A program made the translations under genes and the position numbers. From the IMG/VR virus record IMGVR_UViG_3300047463_000166, positions 95 to 64,094 of that record: 64,000 nucleotides of DNA; one strand, given 5' to 3'. The notes beneath the pieces were generated by a model that had not been told where the DNA came from, did no database searches, and saw only the letters and a program-made list of their open reading frames with translations. The stretch's first letter is position 1; each line of letters starts with the position of its first letter. This DNA is from a virus. Taxonomy: Duplodnaviria > Caudoviricetes. Below are positions 36,774 through 47,360 of the stretch, piece after piece.

Positions 36774-38642
36774 TTATAAGAACTGTTCGCACGTCAACGC
36801 GAAGGTGAATGTCATATTATTCGTTGCGTCATTGTTCGTGATCTTAATATGGAGTTCGCTTGTATTGTCCGAATCCAGATACATAAACGGAAGTCGATCG
36901 GTGTAAATACGACTGTTCGCTGTTGAGCTAATCCCTGTCGCTGAGTATAACAAGTCTGCGGCGAGGAAGGTATCTTTCGCGTAGATATTCACATCGTATG
37001 TTCCTGTGGAGGTACCACCCGTCTCAGTCAGTTTCAAGAGATATACAAGGCCGCGATTGACGAAGCTCGTTTTATTGAAGCTGGTACTGGTATTTGCTGC
37101 GGCGACGTTGCTCGCGCTGCTGAATGCTTTGGTCTGTGTGCCGACGCCAGTCACACGAATGTAATAGCCCATGAGCCATACGCGCACGTTACAGGTTCCT
37201 GAACCGGACGCCGTCTTTAAGTATTCGTAACCGATCGTCGGGCTCGATGTATTACCGTTGTCACCAGGAATGACGAGCGTCGAGAGATAGCCGCTGTGCT
37301 CTGATGTTCCACCCCACACGGTATAAGACTTCGTCGGTGACGAGACCGCACCGTACTGCTTGAACTTGATGTTGATGGTTGAGCCAGGAGCACTGTCCCA
37401 AAACGCAACCCGCAATACGAGAGCTGCCACACCTTGAGGGGCATCTGAAATGTATCCATCGCCACTCGGTCCTAGATTCTTTTGCACGTACGCACCGTCT
37501 GTGCTTCCAGCTAACTGTTCCAGAATCAAGATGGGGTCATCGAGTGCCTTGTATTTCGTGAGTCCTTGTGCGCCAAGATCTATGCCTGACCCACTTCCCA
37601 TATCATTGAAGGTAGTTCCGTCGTTGGTATATTGCCATTTGTCTGTGGTCTCGTTCCATCGGAGAGAGACATCAGGACTTGTTCCTCGTTCAATGGTAAA
37701 AGAGCCGTTGCTGGATGGTGTTCCAGTAACCGTTCGCAAGAGTTTGAAATCTGCGGAGTCAGTACCGATATCAGTGTTCTGAGCATGTGATCCGGTACCA
37801 CCACCACGAGCCCACGTCCGTTTATCCGTGACGGTCGAAATTGCCCCGCCTGATGTAACAACTGTAAATAGTGGGATTCTTCCTGACGTGAAACCGGAAG
37901 TGTTGGCGGTGACGGCTCCGGTTGAGACATTGACTTCGACGTAGTTGGTTGTGGCGTTTGTGAGGGCCACAGTTCCATCTGATGTGGATGTGACGACGTT
38001 ATCATTGTGAACCAGTCCTCCATAGTAACCGAAGTTCAAACCAGAGTGTGCCGCGCTTCGTTCTGCGTATTGTCCAGGTAAGAACGTGCTGGCAGCCGCG
38101 ATTGCATCGAGCCGTGCATCCAAACTATCGTAACCAGAGATCGCCGCATTATAATCATCGCCATCGAACAAGATGTCGCAGGTGCTTGAGTAGAATATAA
38201 CCGACGACACGACATGTGTTGACGCATCCCACGAAAACTGCCATGCGGTATCAGCGGTTGCACTGGTTGTGACAGTGGGGATACCACCGGTCGGGACGTT
38301 TAAGTACAGTGTGGCGGTAGAGAAACTGAGTAGCGCGATCGTGGTCTGAAGTGACGTGCGGTATTCCGATCCACTCCAATACGAGCCAGCCGCGACTGTC
38401 ATGTTGTACGGTGACGGGCTCAATGTCGCCGCGACAGGTTTATAGCTCGCCTTGCCGATGATCCCGTTTCGATCGTAAATTTCATTGAGCCGTACATCAG
38501 CCCCGACACTACTCGCCGTACCTTGCACGGAAGAATAGAGTGAATTGATCGCGGCTTCGATCTTCGTGTAGTTCGACTCATGATCGGCCACATAGGAAGC
38601 TGAGGCCGCAAAGACTTTGACAAGTGAGACTGTTGTCGCCAT
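36774..38642 (-). CDS. Tail fibre-like protein
   Basis: GLNFGYYGG..TNYVEV, LRWNETTDKWQ modules. Confidence 0.6.
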   Translation of the reverse strand: MATTVSLVKVFAASASYVADHESNYTKIEAAINSLYSSVQGTASSVGADVRLNEIYDRNGIIGKASYKPVAATLSPSPYNMTVAAGSYWSGSEYRTSLQTTIALLSFSTATLYLNVPTGGIPTVTTSATADTAWQFSWDASTHVVSSVIFYSSTCDILFDGDDYNAAISGYDSLDARLDAIAAASTFLPGQYAERSAAHSGLNFGYYGGLVHNDNVVTSTSDGTVALTNATTNYVEVNVSTGAVTANTSGFTSGRIPLFTVVTSGGAISTVTDKRTWARGGGTGSHAQNTDIGTDSADFKLLRTVTGTPSSNGSFTIERGTSPDVSLRWNETTDKWQYTNDGTTFNDMGSGSGIDLGAQGLTKYKALDDPILILEQLAGSTDGAYVQKNLGPSGDGYISDAPQGVAALVLRVAFWDSAPGSTINIKFKQYGAVSSPTKSYTVWGGTSEHSGYLSTLVIPGDNGNTSSPTIGYEYLKTASGSGTCNVRVWLMGYYIRVTGVGTQTKAFSSASNVAAANTSTSFNKTSFVNRGLVYLLKLTETGGTSTGTYDVNIYAKDTFLAADLLYSATGISSTANSRIYTDRLPFMYLDSDNTSELHIKITNNDATNNMTFTFALTCEQFL

Positions 38643-38651
38643 AACACTCCT

Positions 38652-39176
38652 TTAGGGGGTCGTAAAGACGTACTGAAGATTTCCTTGGGCGTCGTATTTA
38701 CCTAACGTCCCATAAGGAAGTTTACCATAGACAAACCCGCCATTGACAGCAGGATTTCCAAGGTCGCTGTAGTTCAGTAAGGTATAGGTGGAGCCGTACG
38801 TCGTGGTCGCTCCTTGTGTGTATCCTGTGTCAGAGTAGGTCACAACGATGAGATGTGTTTGTCCGTTGACGATTGACGCCAATCCCACAATCTCGTACGT
38901 TCGTGTCAATTCCATCCGGCGCAGTCGGACCTTCGTGCTTGGACCGGCTTTGTGAACGCCATGCGAAGCGTCGGCAATCGGAATGGACTTGACAACGGTA
39001 TTGGAGTCTGGTCTCGTTCCATCTCCACCAAGATCAACATCCATGACCCACATGTACGTGCTCAGAGCGTAGTCGAACCACTGATAAGCCGGAGAAACCG
39101 ATGTACCGATAATCTCGTCGTACCGACGAGGTACGCGAGAGTCAATCAACTGTATGAGAGGTTGCTGTACACCCAT
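38652..39176 (-). CDS. Minor tail protein
   Basis: Position in tail module. Confidence 0.55.
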   Translation of the reverse strand: MGVQQPLIQLIDSRVPRRYDEIIGTSVSPAYQWFDYALSTYMWVMDVDLGGDGTRPDSNTVVKSIPIADASHGVHKAGPSTKVRLRRMELTRTYEIVGLASIVNGQTHLIVVTYSDTGYTQGATTTYGSTYTLLNYSDLGNPAVNGGFVYGKLPYGTLGKYDAQGNLQYVFTTP

Positions 39177-40738
39177 TACACCACCGTCCTATATCCGGTC
39201 ACAGTCATGGTTGCGACTTCAGAAGAGTCTTGTGTAACCACACGCGAGACACTCTCGACCCATATCTTTACTTGAGACGAGAGTTGAATAATATCCCCTG
39301 GCTCAATACGAGGATCGTACCGAAGCAAGAGTGATCGAGGCTGTTCCTTCATCACTTCAAAGTGGAGTTCATTGATGACAAGAGGCTGTGCCTGTTCGAG
39401 TGTCGAGACAAAATCGTTACGGATCTCTTTCTCTCGTTCCTCCCAAAACTCAACACCAGACTTGATAGCAATCGCTTGCTCTTCAAGGTAGACCATCTCG
39501 TAGGGCGTACCCCAAATCTCGTAGGTACCTGTTCCAATACACATCATGATGAGCATGATACCAATCATGAGGGCTGACTCAACGAGTCGCCCTACAGGAA
39601 TTGTGACACCGGCTGATACGATAAATCCTCCGGTTGTTACATAGTCTGGAATGAAGGCAGCAGCCATCAATGCAGCCATCATCGTTGTCGCCAGTACCGG
39701 AGCCCACACCGTTACCTCGATCTCGATTTGTGAATGGAACTCGTCTATCTTAGTCATCGTCTCGGTACAGAATGGAAGAAGTCCGGCGTTCGCACTTTGC
39801 TTCACGATAAATCGTGGATTGTCACACCGAGTATGACGCTCGTCACTGTAGAACGCATCAACCGTGATCGAGGGTGTGAAGAACCCTGCTGTGACCGTCG
39901 CATTGGCAAGGTTTTGATCCGGCCCGTCCACACGAGACAAGGTATTCGAGAGATAGGTCAGGATGACCTTGTTGATTGTTTCGCTTGTCGAAGCTCGTGC
40001 TTCGTATTTCCGTACGTACGTGTCGTCCGCCAACGACTCAGTAATCCGTTTCTGGTCGGTCGAGTACAGAGAGAGTTGTCCCTTTCCGTTAAACCACGGC
40101 TTCTTCTTGACTCCGAACGCAAGTTGCTCAAGCGCATCCCACGGTGGGTAGTTGACGACTTGATTACTGTTCTTACTGAATGGTACACCCCACGGCATAT
40201 TGACGTTGAACTCTGCGTCGGACAATAGCATCACATCCTTTGCGATGTTCTCGAACATGCTGCTCCAATCAGAGCCGACCGTGTAATTGTTCGACGTGAC
40301 GTTTCTTCGTTTCCAGGCTTGGTTGTTCGATCGACTGAACACACTGAACTGAACCTGGATATTCTGTCCGCGCTGTTGAGCCCAACTATACGTCCCTTCA
40401 ACGGTACCACTGAATGTCCACAACCACTCTGATTCAGCGAGTCCCTCGAAGCCTTCAAAGAGACGAATGATTCGTCCCTGCTTAATCGCTGTACGGTACG
40501 TTCCGGCATCAGGGTGAAACAACAAAGCCGCATCTTCACTCAACGTGATCTGAAGTCGGTCAAAGGAGTACTCGATCCTCTGAACGTAGTTCGTTAGGTT
40601 TACCGGTGTCTGTACATAGCTCCCATCGATAATCGCACCCCACGAGTCAGTCACAGGGTTGAACGAGAGGAGTTTCCATTTCGGGTATAGGACCGAACGC
40701 TCAAGCGCGGTTGCGTATCCTGACGTTGTAGCGATCAT
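39176..40738 (-). CDS. Tail tip/hub protein with internal hydrophobic hairpin
   Basis: DPRIEPGDII C-terminal motif; position. Confidence 0.6.
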   Translation of the reverse strand: MIATTSGYATALERSVLYPKWKLLSFNPVTDSWGAIIDGSYVQTPVNLTNYVQRIEYSFDRLQITLSEDAALLFHPDAGTYRTAIKQGRIIRLFEGFEGLAESEWLWTFSGTVEGTYSWAQQRGQNIQVQFSVFSRSNNQAWKRRNVTSNNYTVGSDWSSMFENIAKDVMLLSDAEFNVNMPWGVPFSKNSNQVVNYPPWDALEQLAFGVKKKPWFNGKGQLSLYSTDQKRITESLADDTYVRKYEARASTSETINKVILTYLSNTLSRVDGPDQNLANATVTAGFFTPSITVDAFYSDERHTRCDNPRFIVKQSANAGLLPFCTETMTKIDEFHSQIEIEVTVWAPVLATTMMAALMAAAFIPDYVTTGGFIVSAGVTIPVGRLVESALMIGIMLIMMCIGTGTYEIWGTPYEMVYLEEQAIAIKSGVEFWEEREKEIRNDFVSTLEQAQPLVINELHFEVMKEQPRSLLLRYDPRIEPGDIIQLSSQVKIWVESVSRVVTQDSSEVATMTVTGYRTVV

Positions 40739-41340
40739 TACACTTCTCCGATAATCCTGAAGGCCAACTGGACCGTTCCCGCGACATATCCATGACGTGT
40801 GACAAGGTAATCAAACTCAAAGTCTCCTGCACCTTGTCCGGCAGAGCCGGTCACAGAAAGCGTCAAGGACTCGATCACGATGTTGTATTTCTTTGTCGTT
40901 CGGTCTCGCGGCTCCCACGTAATGTACGTACCATTCGTCGGTGGGTTGTTGTAGTAATCTTGCAGAGCAAGAAACATCGACAACGTCATTCGTGATTCGC
41001 GTGTCGAGCCGTTCCATCGCTCAGTAATAGCGACATCTCGACTCACCCCTTGCCACCCAATCATGATGTTGTCCTGTAACGTCGCCTGTACGAAAGCGCG
41101 AGGCCGTCTGTCCATCGGGCTTGTATTGAAGTTCGTGTACACATCAGGGTTCGACTCATAGATCAACGGTGCAAACGAACTGGTTGGGTACGTCAGCCTC
41201 CGAAGTTCGCCTGTCTGTGTCATGGCCGGATTGCTTGACGAGACAGCCACAACTGATGCAGGTTTGATATCCTGTGTCGTCGTCGCAACCGGAGTGTTGT
41301 TTCCAACCGTGAAGTTGAGTGTGCCTGTGATTGTAGCCAT
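40738..41340 (-). CDS. Distal-tail-like protein
   Basis: Size and position. Confidence 0.45.
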   Translation of the reverse strand: MATITGTLNFTVGNNTPVATTTQDIKPASVVAVSSSNPAMTQTGELRRLTYPTSSFAPLIYESNPDVYTNFNTSPMDRRPRAFVQATLQDNIMIGWQGVSRDVAITERWNGSTRESRMTLSMFLALQDYYNNPPTNGTYITWEPRDRTTKKYNIVIESLTLSVTGSAGQGAGDFEFDYLVTRHGYVAGTVQLAFRIIGEV

Positions 41341-42518
41341 TATGTTAGTACCTTATCGTCTACGTGTGTGACAACCAGTGTCTCACTTGATCCCGCAACA
41401 GTCGGTTTGAGTGTGAACTCAACACGTCCACTGACTTCAGTCATGAGTGTCGGCGTCGTGACAAGGGCTGAAGTGGGACTACATGAGACGGTGACTTCTC
41501 TGAATGCGCCAGCCTCTCCTTTTGATCCGAGCACATGGGACACGAACGGAACATTGGTGTTGACGGTTAAGGGCTTGAGATTGATCGGGACCGTCACTTT
41601 GACCGCAGCAATCTGTGGTGCGTAAATCTCAAACGCATTGTTATGCTTACCGGTCGTGGCATCGTCGGCCTTGATCCGTACAGCCGCGAGCTTCTTTCGT
41701 TTGGTATCGAATGCAATCTGAGTCATTCGATCGGCTCCACCAGCCGTCTGTAGCTCAGAGAGTAGTTCGATCTTATTCTTTGCATAGTTATATTTCAAGA
41801 GCGACTGCCGCCCATCAGTTGCCGTTGTCCAGATATTCCCTGAGAAGAGAGCCCACATGCGCTGGTCACTCTCATATCCCACACCCCAACAAAATGATTC
41901 AGGGAACGGTTGCTCCCATAGCATCGTTGCTGCCGATGGATAGGCTGAATAATCGTATACCTGTATCCGATTACCAGCCATCAAAGTCACAAGCGCAAGA
42001 AGTTTCTTTTCTGGACAGAGTGCGTAGCCTTGATTTGTTCCCGCTAAATTAGGGATCTGTGTAGCAGTCACATAAGGATTGGCTATTTGTGTTGCCGTTG
42101 GGATGCAGTCGGGAGTCGTCACATCGATAATCCCATACTGAGAGCCGACCGTAGAGATATATCCAGCAACTACTTTTCCAAGACCTGCATTGTATGCTGG
42201 ATCTGTCCAAGCGTGTGACACAGCATAGCCGACAAGAGGAATGCGTTGTTCTTCAATACCAGTCTCAGGGTGGATGACACTGGCAACAATCTCCCATGTC
42301 GGCCAGTTGGCGATGTTGTTCCATGTCACAAGCCGATATCGATCGACCGCAGCGTCATATACGAATGAGTCAAGAATAAAAATCGTCTCATAGTACTGTT
42401 TCGTGGTCGTCCCACACATTCCACCAGCCCCAATAGGACTATAGAAGCCATTGTAGTTTCCGTCACATCCACGATATACGTAGAAATCTGTTGTTCGATG
42501 GAGAAGCTCAAGTGCCAT
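41340..42518 (-). CDS. Virion protein, beta-propeller-like plus C-terminal Ig-like domain
   Basis: Beta-rich repeats; TEVSGRVEFTL. Confidence 0.5.
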   Translation of the reverse strand: MALELLHRTTDFYVYRGCDGNYNGFYSPIGAGGMCGTTTKQYYETIFILDSFVYDAAVDRYRLVTWNNIANWPTWEIVASVIHPETGIEEQRIPLVGYAVSHAWTDPAYNAGLGKVVAGYISTVGSQYGIIDVTTPDCIPTATQIANPYVTATQIPNLAGTNQGYALCPEKKLLALVTLMAGNRIQVYDYSAYPSAATMLWEQPFPESFCWGVGYESDQRMWALFSGNIWTTATDGRQSLLKYNYAKNKIELLSELQTAGGADRMTQIAFDTKRKKLAAVRIKADDATTGKHNNAFEIYAPQIAAVKVTVPINLKPLTVNTNVPFVSHVLGSKGEAGAFREVTVSCSPTSALVTTPTLMTEVSGRVEFTLKPTVAGSSETLVVTHVDDKVLT

Positions 42519-42519
42519 G

Positions 42520-43473
42520 TTAATATCCTGTCGTCACGGTGATAGTTTGACTGCCACCTACGTAATCACTGACCCCTGGCCCACAGTACTTATTCGTTGC
42601 GACACCGTTGGGATTCGTCAAAGTCACATTCTTTTCAAGATGTCCTTCACTTGTCGAGAGGCTCCAACTGACCGGCCAATTAAAGACAGGTTCATTATTT
42701 GATCCTGTCAACGTCACACTTAGCGCATCTTCTCGATACCGGCAACGATTTGCTCCCATTGTAATTGCGGAAAAGGTTGTCGGAGCAATTTGAAAACTCC
42801 AGATCGCCATTCTCTTCGTTGTGGCATCAATCGACCAAATGTTGTCGTGCTCCGTATCGATAAATACATTCGATGCTTTGTTGAAGGTCGATGTGTAAAG
42901 ATTCGTTCCTGCGTACAGGTCGTAGAAACGTGCGACACCGTATGTGCCGTTGTTGTCATCGATCGCAACAAGGATATTATTCTTGGTGATCGCCCATGTC
43001 TTCGGAGTAAATGGTGTGATCGAGCCAGTCAAGGTGAAGGTGCCGATCGACGTTCCTGCCATGTTGTACTTCGTCACGGTCGAACCAGAAATACGGTAAC
43101 CGACTCCCTTCCATACGGCCATACGTTCTCGGCTCAACCCTGTGTACGTGAACTGAGGAATCTTTGAGTAGTCCTGTCTCAGACTAATTGGATCGAGATA
43201 CGCATTCTGTCCACCAGAGACACCATAGATGTTATGGTAAAACATTTGATCGGCATCGTGATCCATTGAGTATAACCCACCGTCGCCTTGACACACACGA
43301 ACGAATGTCCCGTCTCGGTAGATCTTATAGGTTGACTGAAACGTGTAGTTATTGAAGACCACACAATCATGCCGTCTTAAATAGTACCCGAACGCTGTTG
43401 GGTACCCGTACAGAGTCTCAGTTCCATACAGAGTAACCGCGCTTGGAGTCTCATAGAGTTTTATCAATGCCAT
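42520..43473 (-). CDS. Virion protein, beta-propeller-like plus Big-1-like Ig domain
   Basis: NNEPV..VSWS..TNPNGVAT. Confidence 0.55.
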   Translation of the reverse strand: MALIKLYETPSAVTLYGTETLYGYPTAFGYYLRRHDCVVFNNYTFQSTYKIYRDGTFVRVCQGDGGLYSMDHDADQMFYHNIYGVSGGQNAYLDPISLRQDYSKIPQFTYTGLSRERMAVWKGVGYRISGSTVTKYNMAGTSIGTFTLTGSITPFTPKTWAITKNNILVAIDDNNGTYGVARFYDLYAGTNLYTSTFNKASNVFIDTEHDNIWSIDATTKRMAIWSFQIAPTTFSAITMGANRCRYREDALSVTLTGSNNEPVFNWPVSWSLSTSEGHLEKNVTLTNPNGVATNKYCGPGVSDYVGGSQTITVTTGY

Positions 43474-43475
43474 GA

Positions 43476-43745
43476 TTAGACCGCCGTTGATTCGTAGACT
43501 TTGATTCTGTCCCAATCTGTTGCTGCGAGGTTCGACGTGGGTGCCGTGTAGATGGCCGTCGCGTACCCGTCCGAATCCGTTTCTTTTTGAGCATTCGACA
43601 ACGTCCCATAAGCTACACCCTCTACATTGTTGCTGACGCCAACAAGATGCCACCAAATACATCGGTTGGGGTTTCCTTTGTATGTGACGGTTCCCCCTCC
43701 ACCGATCTTCTGAACTGTGCTCGCAAGTGTGATGATCGCCGCCAT
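43476..43745 (-). CDS. Small Ig-like virion protein
   Basis: TDSDGYATAIYTAP; RBS AAGGAG. Confidence 0.6.
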   Translation of the reverse strand: MAAIITLASTVQKIGGGGTVTYKGNPNRCIWWHLVGVSNNVEGVAYGTLSNAQKETDSDGYATAIYTAPTSNLAATDWDRIKVYESTAV

Positions 43746-43747
43746 GA

Positions 43748-46700
43748 CTACACTCCTTGAATCTGTAGTGCGTCTCCAACCATTCGGCTGACAACGGCAT
43801 CGATCTGAGCCGTGTTCAACCCACCGACTTGCCCTTCAACCGCACGAGCAATACGAGCAAGCAAGACGTTTGTCGGCACCAACGCATCCTGTAGACTCTC
43901 CCCGATCTGCCCGATCGGGATCTGTGTCTGTCCGCCGATCAAACCACGAACCTGCTCCGTGCTCTGAATACCGACCGTGGGATTGCTGGCTGTCGCTGAT
44001 CCACCACGATCGCCCATCAACTGACCAAGGACAAACGACGCAATAAGTCCTAGACCAGCCGTAAACGCCCCACTGAGGGACGATTGCATCTCTTTCGGTA
44101 GATCCTTCGCAATCGAGTTAAAGACCCCGCTAAAGGCATCCTTGAAGGTTTTACCGACACTGTCGAAGACATTCTTCATCGAGTCGCGTACCAAATTGTC
44201 CGCGATACCCTTGAAGGCTTGAGCAAAGTTCGTTTTCTTCCCCTCGAAGGAGCCAAGCACCGAATCAAGCAGGGTACTCATCCCGCTCTTTGCAGCATTC
44301 CCAACTGCATCAAGAGCAGTCTTGTACGCAGCCTGTGCCTGAATAACATCAAACGAAGCGCGAATAGCGTCCTGTGAGGCAAAGACTTCCTCTTTTTTCG
44401 CTTCGACAAGGCGGATCGACTCAATCGCGGACGCATTACCTTCATCAGCGAGGCTCTTCAGTGAGTTTCGTACGGCTTCGAGCCCACCGATCGTTTTCGC
44501 AAACTCCGTCTCAGACGCTAGGCGTTGCTGATTGATCCCTTCAAATGTTGTCTGCAACTCCGTTCGAGGTTGTGCATTCGCAGCTTGCAGACTGACTGCT
44601 GCTAGTCTTTGCTGCTGGTTTGCAACAGCGGCGTTCGCACGATCAAGGATCGCTTTCGACAGGGCTTGCTCAACGCGAGCTTGTTCCTGTACCAGTTTGA
44701 GGCGTTCAACCTCAATCTGCATTTCAGTCTGTCGAGCCACGCCAAGACGTTTGACCGCAGCGATCTGCTCTTCAAGTGCCGCATCACCGAGTTTTTTATT
44801 GAAGAGTTGATCTGCGACCTCTTGTTGTGATGTAAGGATCTGCTGCGCTTCCTTCAGTTGCGTCAGAGCTTTCTCAACACCGGCTTTGTCTCCCTTTGCT
44901 CGTGCTTCATCAACCTTCTTACCGGCCTCATTGACGAAGCCGATCAGGTCAGCCATGATTGCGTTATGATTCGTCTCAGCCGTCTCACGAATTTTCTTTG
45001 CGTTCTGTTCGTGGATCATGGCTTCATCGTCAGCGAGTTTTTCCGCTGCTGCTCGTGCGTCCGTTGCAAACTGCTCGAAGCCGCTGCTCAAGACTTTGAA
45101 CTGATTTTTGAGGTTGCGGAATGTCGCCTCAATCAGTCCTTCTGTCGTGCCTCTGACATTCTCAATGAGGTCAGTGAAGTAAACATCTGCGCCCTTTGAG
45201 AGATCTGCGACATTCTTTTGAGTGAACATCGCCACATCATGTGTCGTTGACCGTACACCGGTCAAAACTCCGTCAATGATGATCGCGCCCTCTTCCAACA
45301 ACGAGAACTCACGTCGAAGTTTCTGAATGTCGGCGTCAATCTCAGAGGAGATGGTTCGTTCAGCAAACTGACGCAAGAACCGGTCTGCGCGGATCTGTGC
45401 TTCACGTAATTGTTTTTGAAGGTTTTCGGTTTGTTGAACTGCCGCCGTATTCTCGATCAACGGAGTTTTTGTCGGCGCAGTGATTGCCGTAGACGGCGCA
45501 TTCAGATTGGCTCGAATACCGTCCTGCACCTCCCGAATAGCTTTCTGAAAATCTCGTTGATTATCAGCGAGCGTCTTGGCGAAGTCGAACTTCCCAATTT
45601 GCTCCATGCCCGTACCGAGCACTTTAATCGCTTCGCTTGTCGCTTTAATCGCCTTTTCGTACTTCTCCATGCCTGGGATAACTTTGGCGGTTAATTCTCC
45701 ACCGGCTTTTGCCGCGCCCTCAACTAACTGCCCAAGCGGACTCGATCGCACGAGATCTGTTAATCGTGACTGGAGAAAATCGAGAAAGTTTCCAAACGAA
45801 TCTTGTGCCTTCTCAACATTCTTTGGGTCCATCGCATTGAAGACTTCGAGGAATGTGATAGCCGCAATGGGGAGATTGCGAATCAAAAGAAGAACAACTT
45901 CGAGGATATGTCCAAGAGCCGCGCCGATAGTCGTCAACAGTGCTGCAAGGTCAACAATCGGGGCAATCTGCTTTGAGATATCTTTTCCACTCAGGAAGAC
46001 TTCAGCAAACTTGATAAATCCCTCGACACCCTTCCCGATTGCCGTCCCGACGACCGCACCAAATGCGGCAAGTTCCTTCTTGTTATCGTTCAAAAATTTC
46101 GTAAAGCGAGTGATGGACTCCGTGATCTTCTCGAAGAATGGGGTACCGGCGATACGAGTGACTTGAGCCACGACGGTTTCAAGACCATTCAATGTGGCTT
46201 GGAAGGTCTTTTGAATCTCGCCTGTCGCTGCCTTTGACCCCTGTAAAATTCCTTCAAGGGGTTTCAAACTCTGTGTGATACGGATGCGCTCACCGATCGC
46301 ATCAACGTCTCCACCGAACGCACGAATCAACTGAGACAACTGAGACGTGCTTCTCAGTGTCCCATTTATCAAGGACCGAATTTCTTCTTGGATCTGAATG
46401 GTTGATTGCTGTCCACCAGTCAACAACAAGATTAAGTCCGTCACCTGAGCAAGTTGCTCAAGTTCCGCTTTTCGTATGATGACGCCTCGTTGCGCGAAGG
46501 TGTTGTACGCTAACTGTAGATCAATGGACGACGCGAAGTACTTCGCTGCCAACCGCTCCAACTCAATGAATGTTCCCTTCGTCGCCTTGAGGTTCTGAAG
46601 AAACACATCACCGACTGTCCGGCCAGCGTTCTGTGTGGAGTCAGATAGGTTCGTGATAGCGGCTGCTGTACCAATCGCTGCCGTATTGAACTGGTCGATC

Positions 46701-47038
46701 GAACTGATCGTGAACTTAATGGATCCAGCGATGCCGTCATACGTCGTTTTTGCCGCGCCGTACAAGAGCGTGAACGCTGCAACGAGCTTCAGGGCTCCGG
46801 TGTTCAGACCAGCGAGCCCTGATTGGAGTGTACCGAATCCACCGTGAAGTTGATTTGACTGTTGATGGAGATTATTCTGACTCTTTGCCAAATCGTCAGA
46901 GGACTTCTTCAGAGAATCCTGGCTTTTCTCTAAACCCCCTGCGGCTTTTGTGAGGGCTTCAATAGCCTTCGCAGTCTGTTCAAGACTGGCAAGGAACTCC
47001 TTATGAGCTACCTGAAGGTCTATTTTTACGTCTGCCAT
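43748..47038 (-). CDS. Tape measure protein
   Basis: 1096 aa, Ala/Gln-rich helical, TM segments, follows chaperone pair. Confidence 0.88.
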   Translation of the reverse strand: MADVKIDLQVAHKEFLASLEQTAKAIEALTKAAGGLEKSQDSLKKSSDDLAKSQNNLHQQSNQLHGGFGTLQSGLAGLNTGALKLVAAFTLLYGAAKTTYDGIAGSIKFTISSIDQFNTAAIGTAAAITNLSDSTQNAGRTVGDVFLQNLKATKGTFIELERLAAKYFASSIDLQLAYNTFAQRGVIIRKAELEQLAQVTDLILLLTGGQQSTIQIQEEIRSLINGTLRSTSQLSQLIRAFGGDVDAIGERIRITQSLKPLEGILQGSKAATGEIQKTFQATLNGLETVVAQVTRIAGTPFFEKITESITRFTKFLNDNKKELAAFGAVVGTAIGKGVEGFIKFAEVFLSGKDISKQIAPIVDLAALLTTIGAALGHILEVVLLLIRNLPIAAITFLEVFNAMDPKNVEKAQDSFGNFLDFLQSRLTDLVRSSPLGQLVEGAAKAGGELTAKVIPGMEKYEKAIKATSEAIKVLGTGMEQIGKFDFAKTLADNQRDFQKAIREVQDGIRANLNAPSTAITAPTKTPLIENTAAVQQTENLQKQLREAQIRADRFLRQFAERTISSEIDADIQKLRREFSLLEEGAIIIDGVLTGVRSTTHDVAMFTQKNVADLSKGADVYFTDLIENVRGTTEGLIEATFRNLKNQFKVLSSGFEQFATDARAAAEKLADDEAMIHEQNAKKIRETAETNHNAIMADLIGFVNEAGKKVDEARAKGDKAGVEKALTQLKEAQQILTSQQEVADQLFNKKLGDAALEEQIAAVKRLGVARQTEMQIEVERLKLVQEQARVEQALSKAILDRANAAVANQQQRLAAVSLQAANAQPRTELQTTFEGINQQRLASETEFAKTIGGLEAVRNSLKSLADEGNASAIESIRLVEAKKEEVFASQDAIRASFDVIQAQAAYKTALDAVGNAAKSGMSTLLDSVLGSFEGKKTNFAQAFKGIADNLVRDSMKNVFDSVGKTFKDAFSGVFNSIAKDLPKEMQSSLSGAFTAGLGLIASFVLGQLMGDRGGSATASNPTVGIQSTEQVRGLIGGQTQIPIGQIGESLQDALVPTNVLLARIARAVEGQVGGLNTAQIDAVVSRMVGDALQIQGV

Positions 47039-47360
47039 TCGACTTCTCCATTACTGCCGTGCCGGTGAATCCGGCCAGTAGTGCCTTTGCGTCCTCCTGT
47101 GAGCCTTGTCCGCTCGACTTGATCGACTTGATCTGCCGTTGCAGATTGTCGATATGTGACCGGAGGGCTCTTGGCTGCTTACCACTGAAACCAGCCTCGA
47201 TTGCGTGTATTGCCCCAACTGCTGCACCGTTCGCAGCCGCCATCATATCGTAGATCCGATTGATCTGTGCTGCCTTCGACAGTGCCGTGACAGTCGAGAT
47301 TGGGTACTCAGAGAGTACGGATTGCAGTGAGTGACCGCGACTCACTAGCGTCTCGACCAT
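47001..47360 (-). CDS. Tail assembly chaperone extension (gpT-like)
   Basis: -1 frame relative to upstream chaperone, open from slippery site. Confidence 0.75.
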   Translation of the reverse strand: MVETLVSRGHSLQSVLSEYPISTVTALSKAAQINRIYDMMAAANGAAVGAIHAIEAGFSGKQPRALRSHIDNLQRQIKSIKSSGQGSQEDAKALLAGFTGTAVMEKSNGRRKNRPSGSS

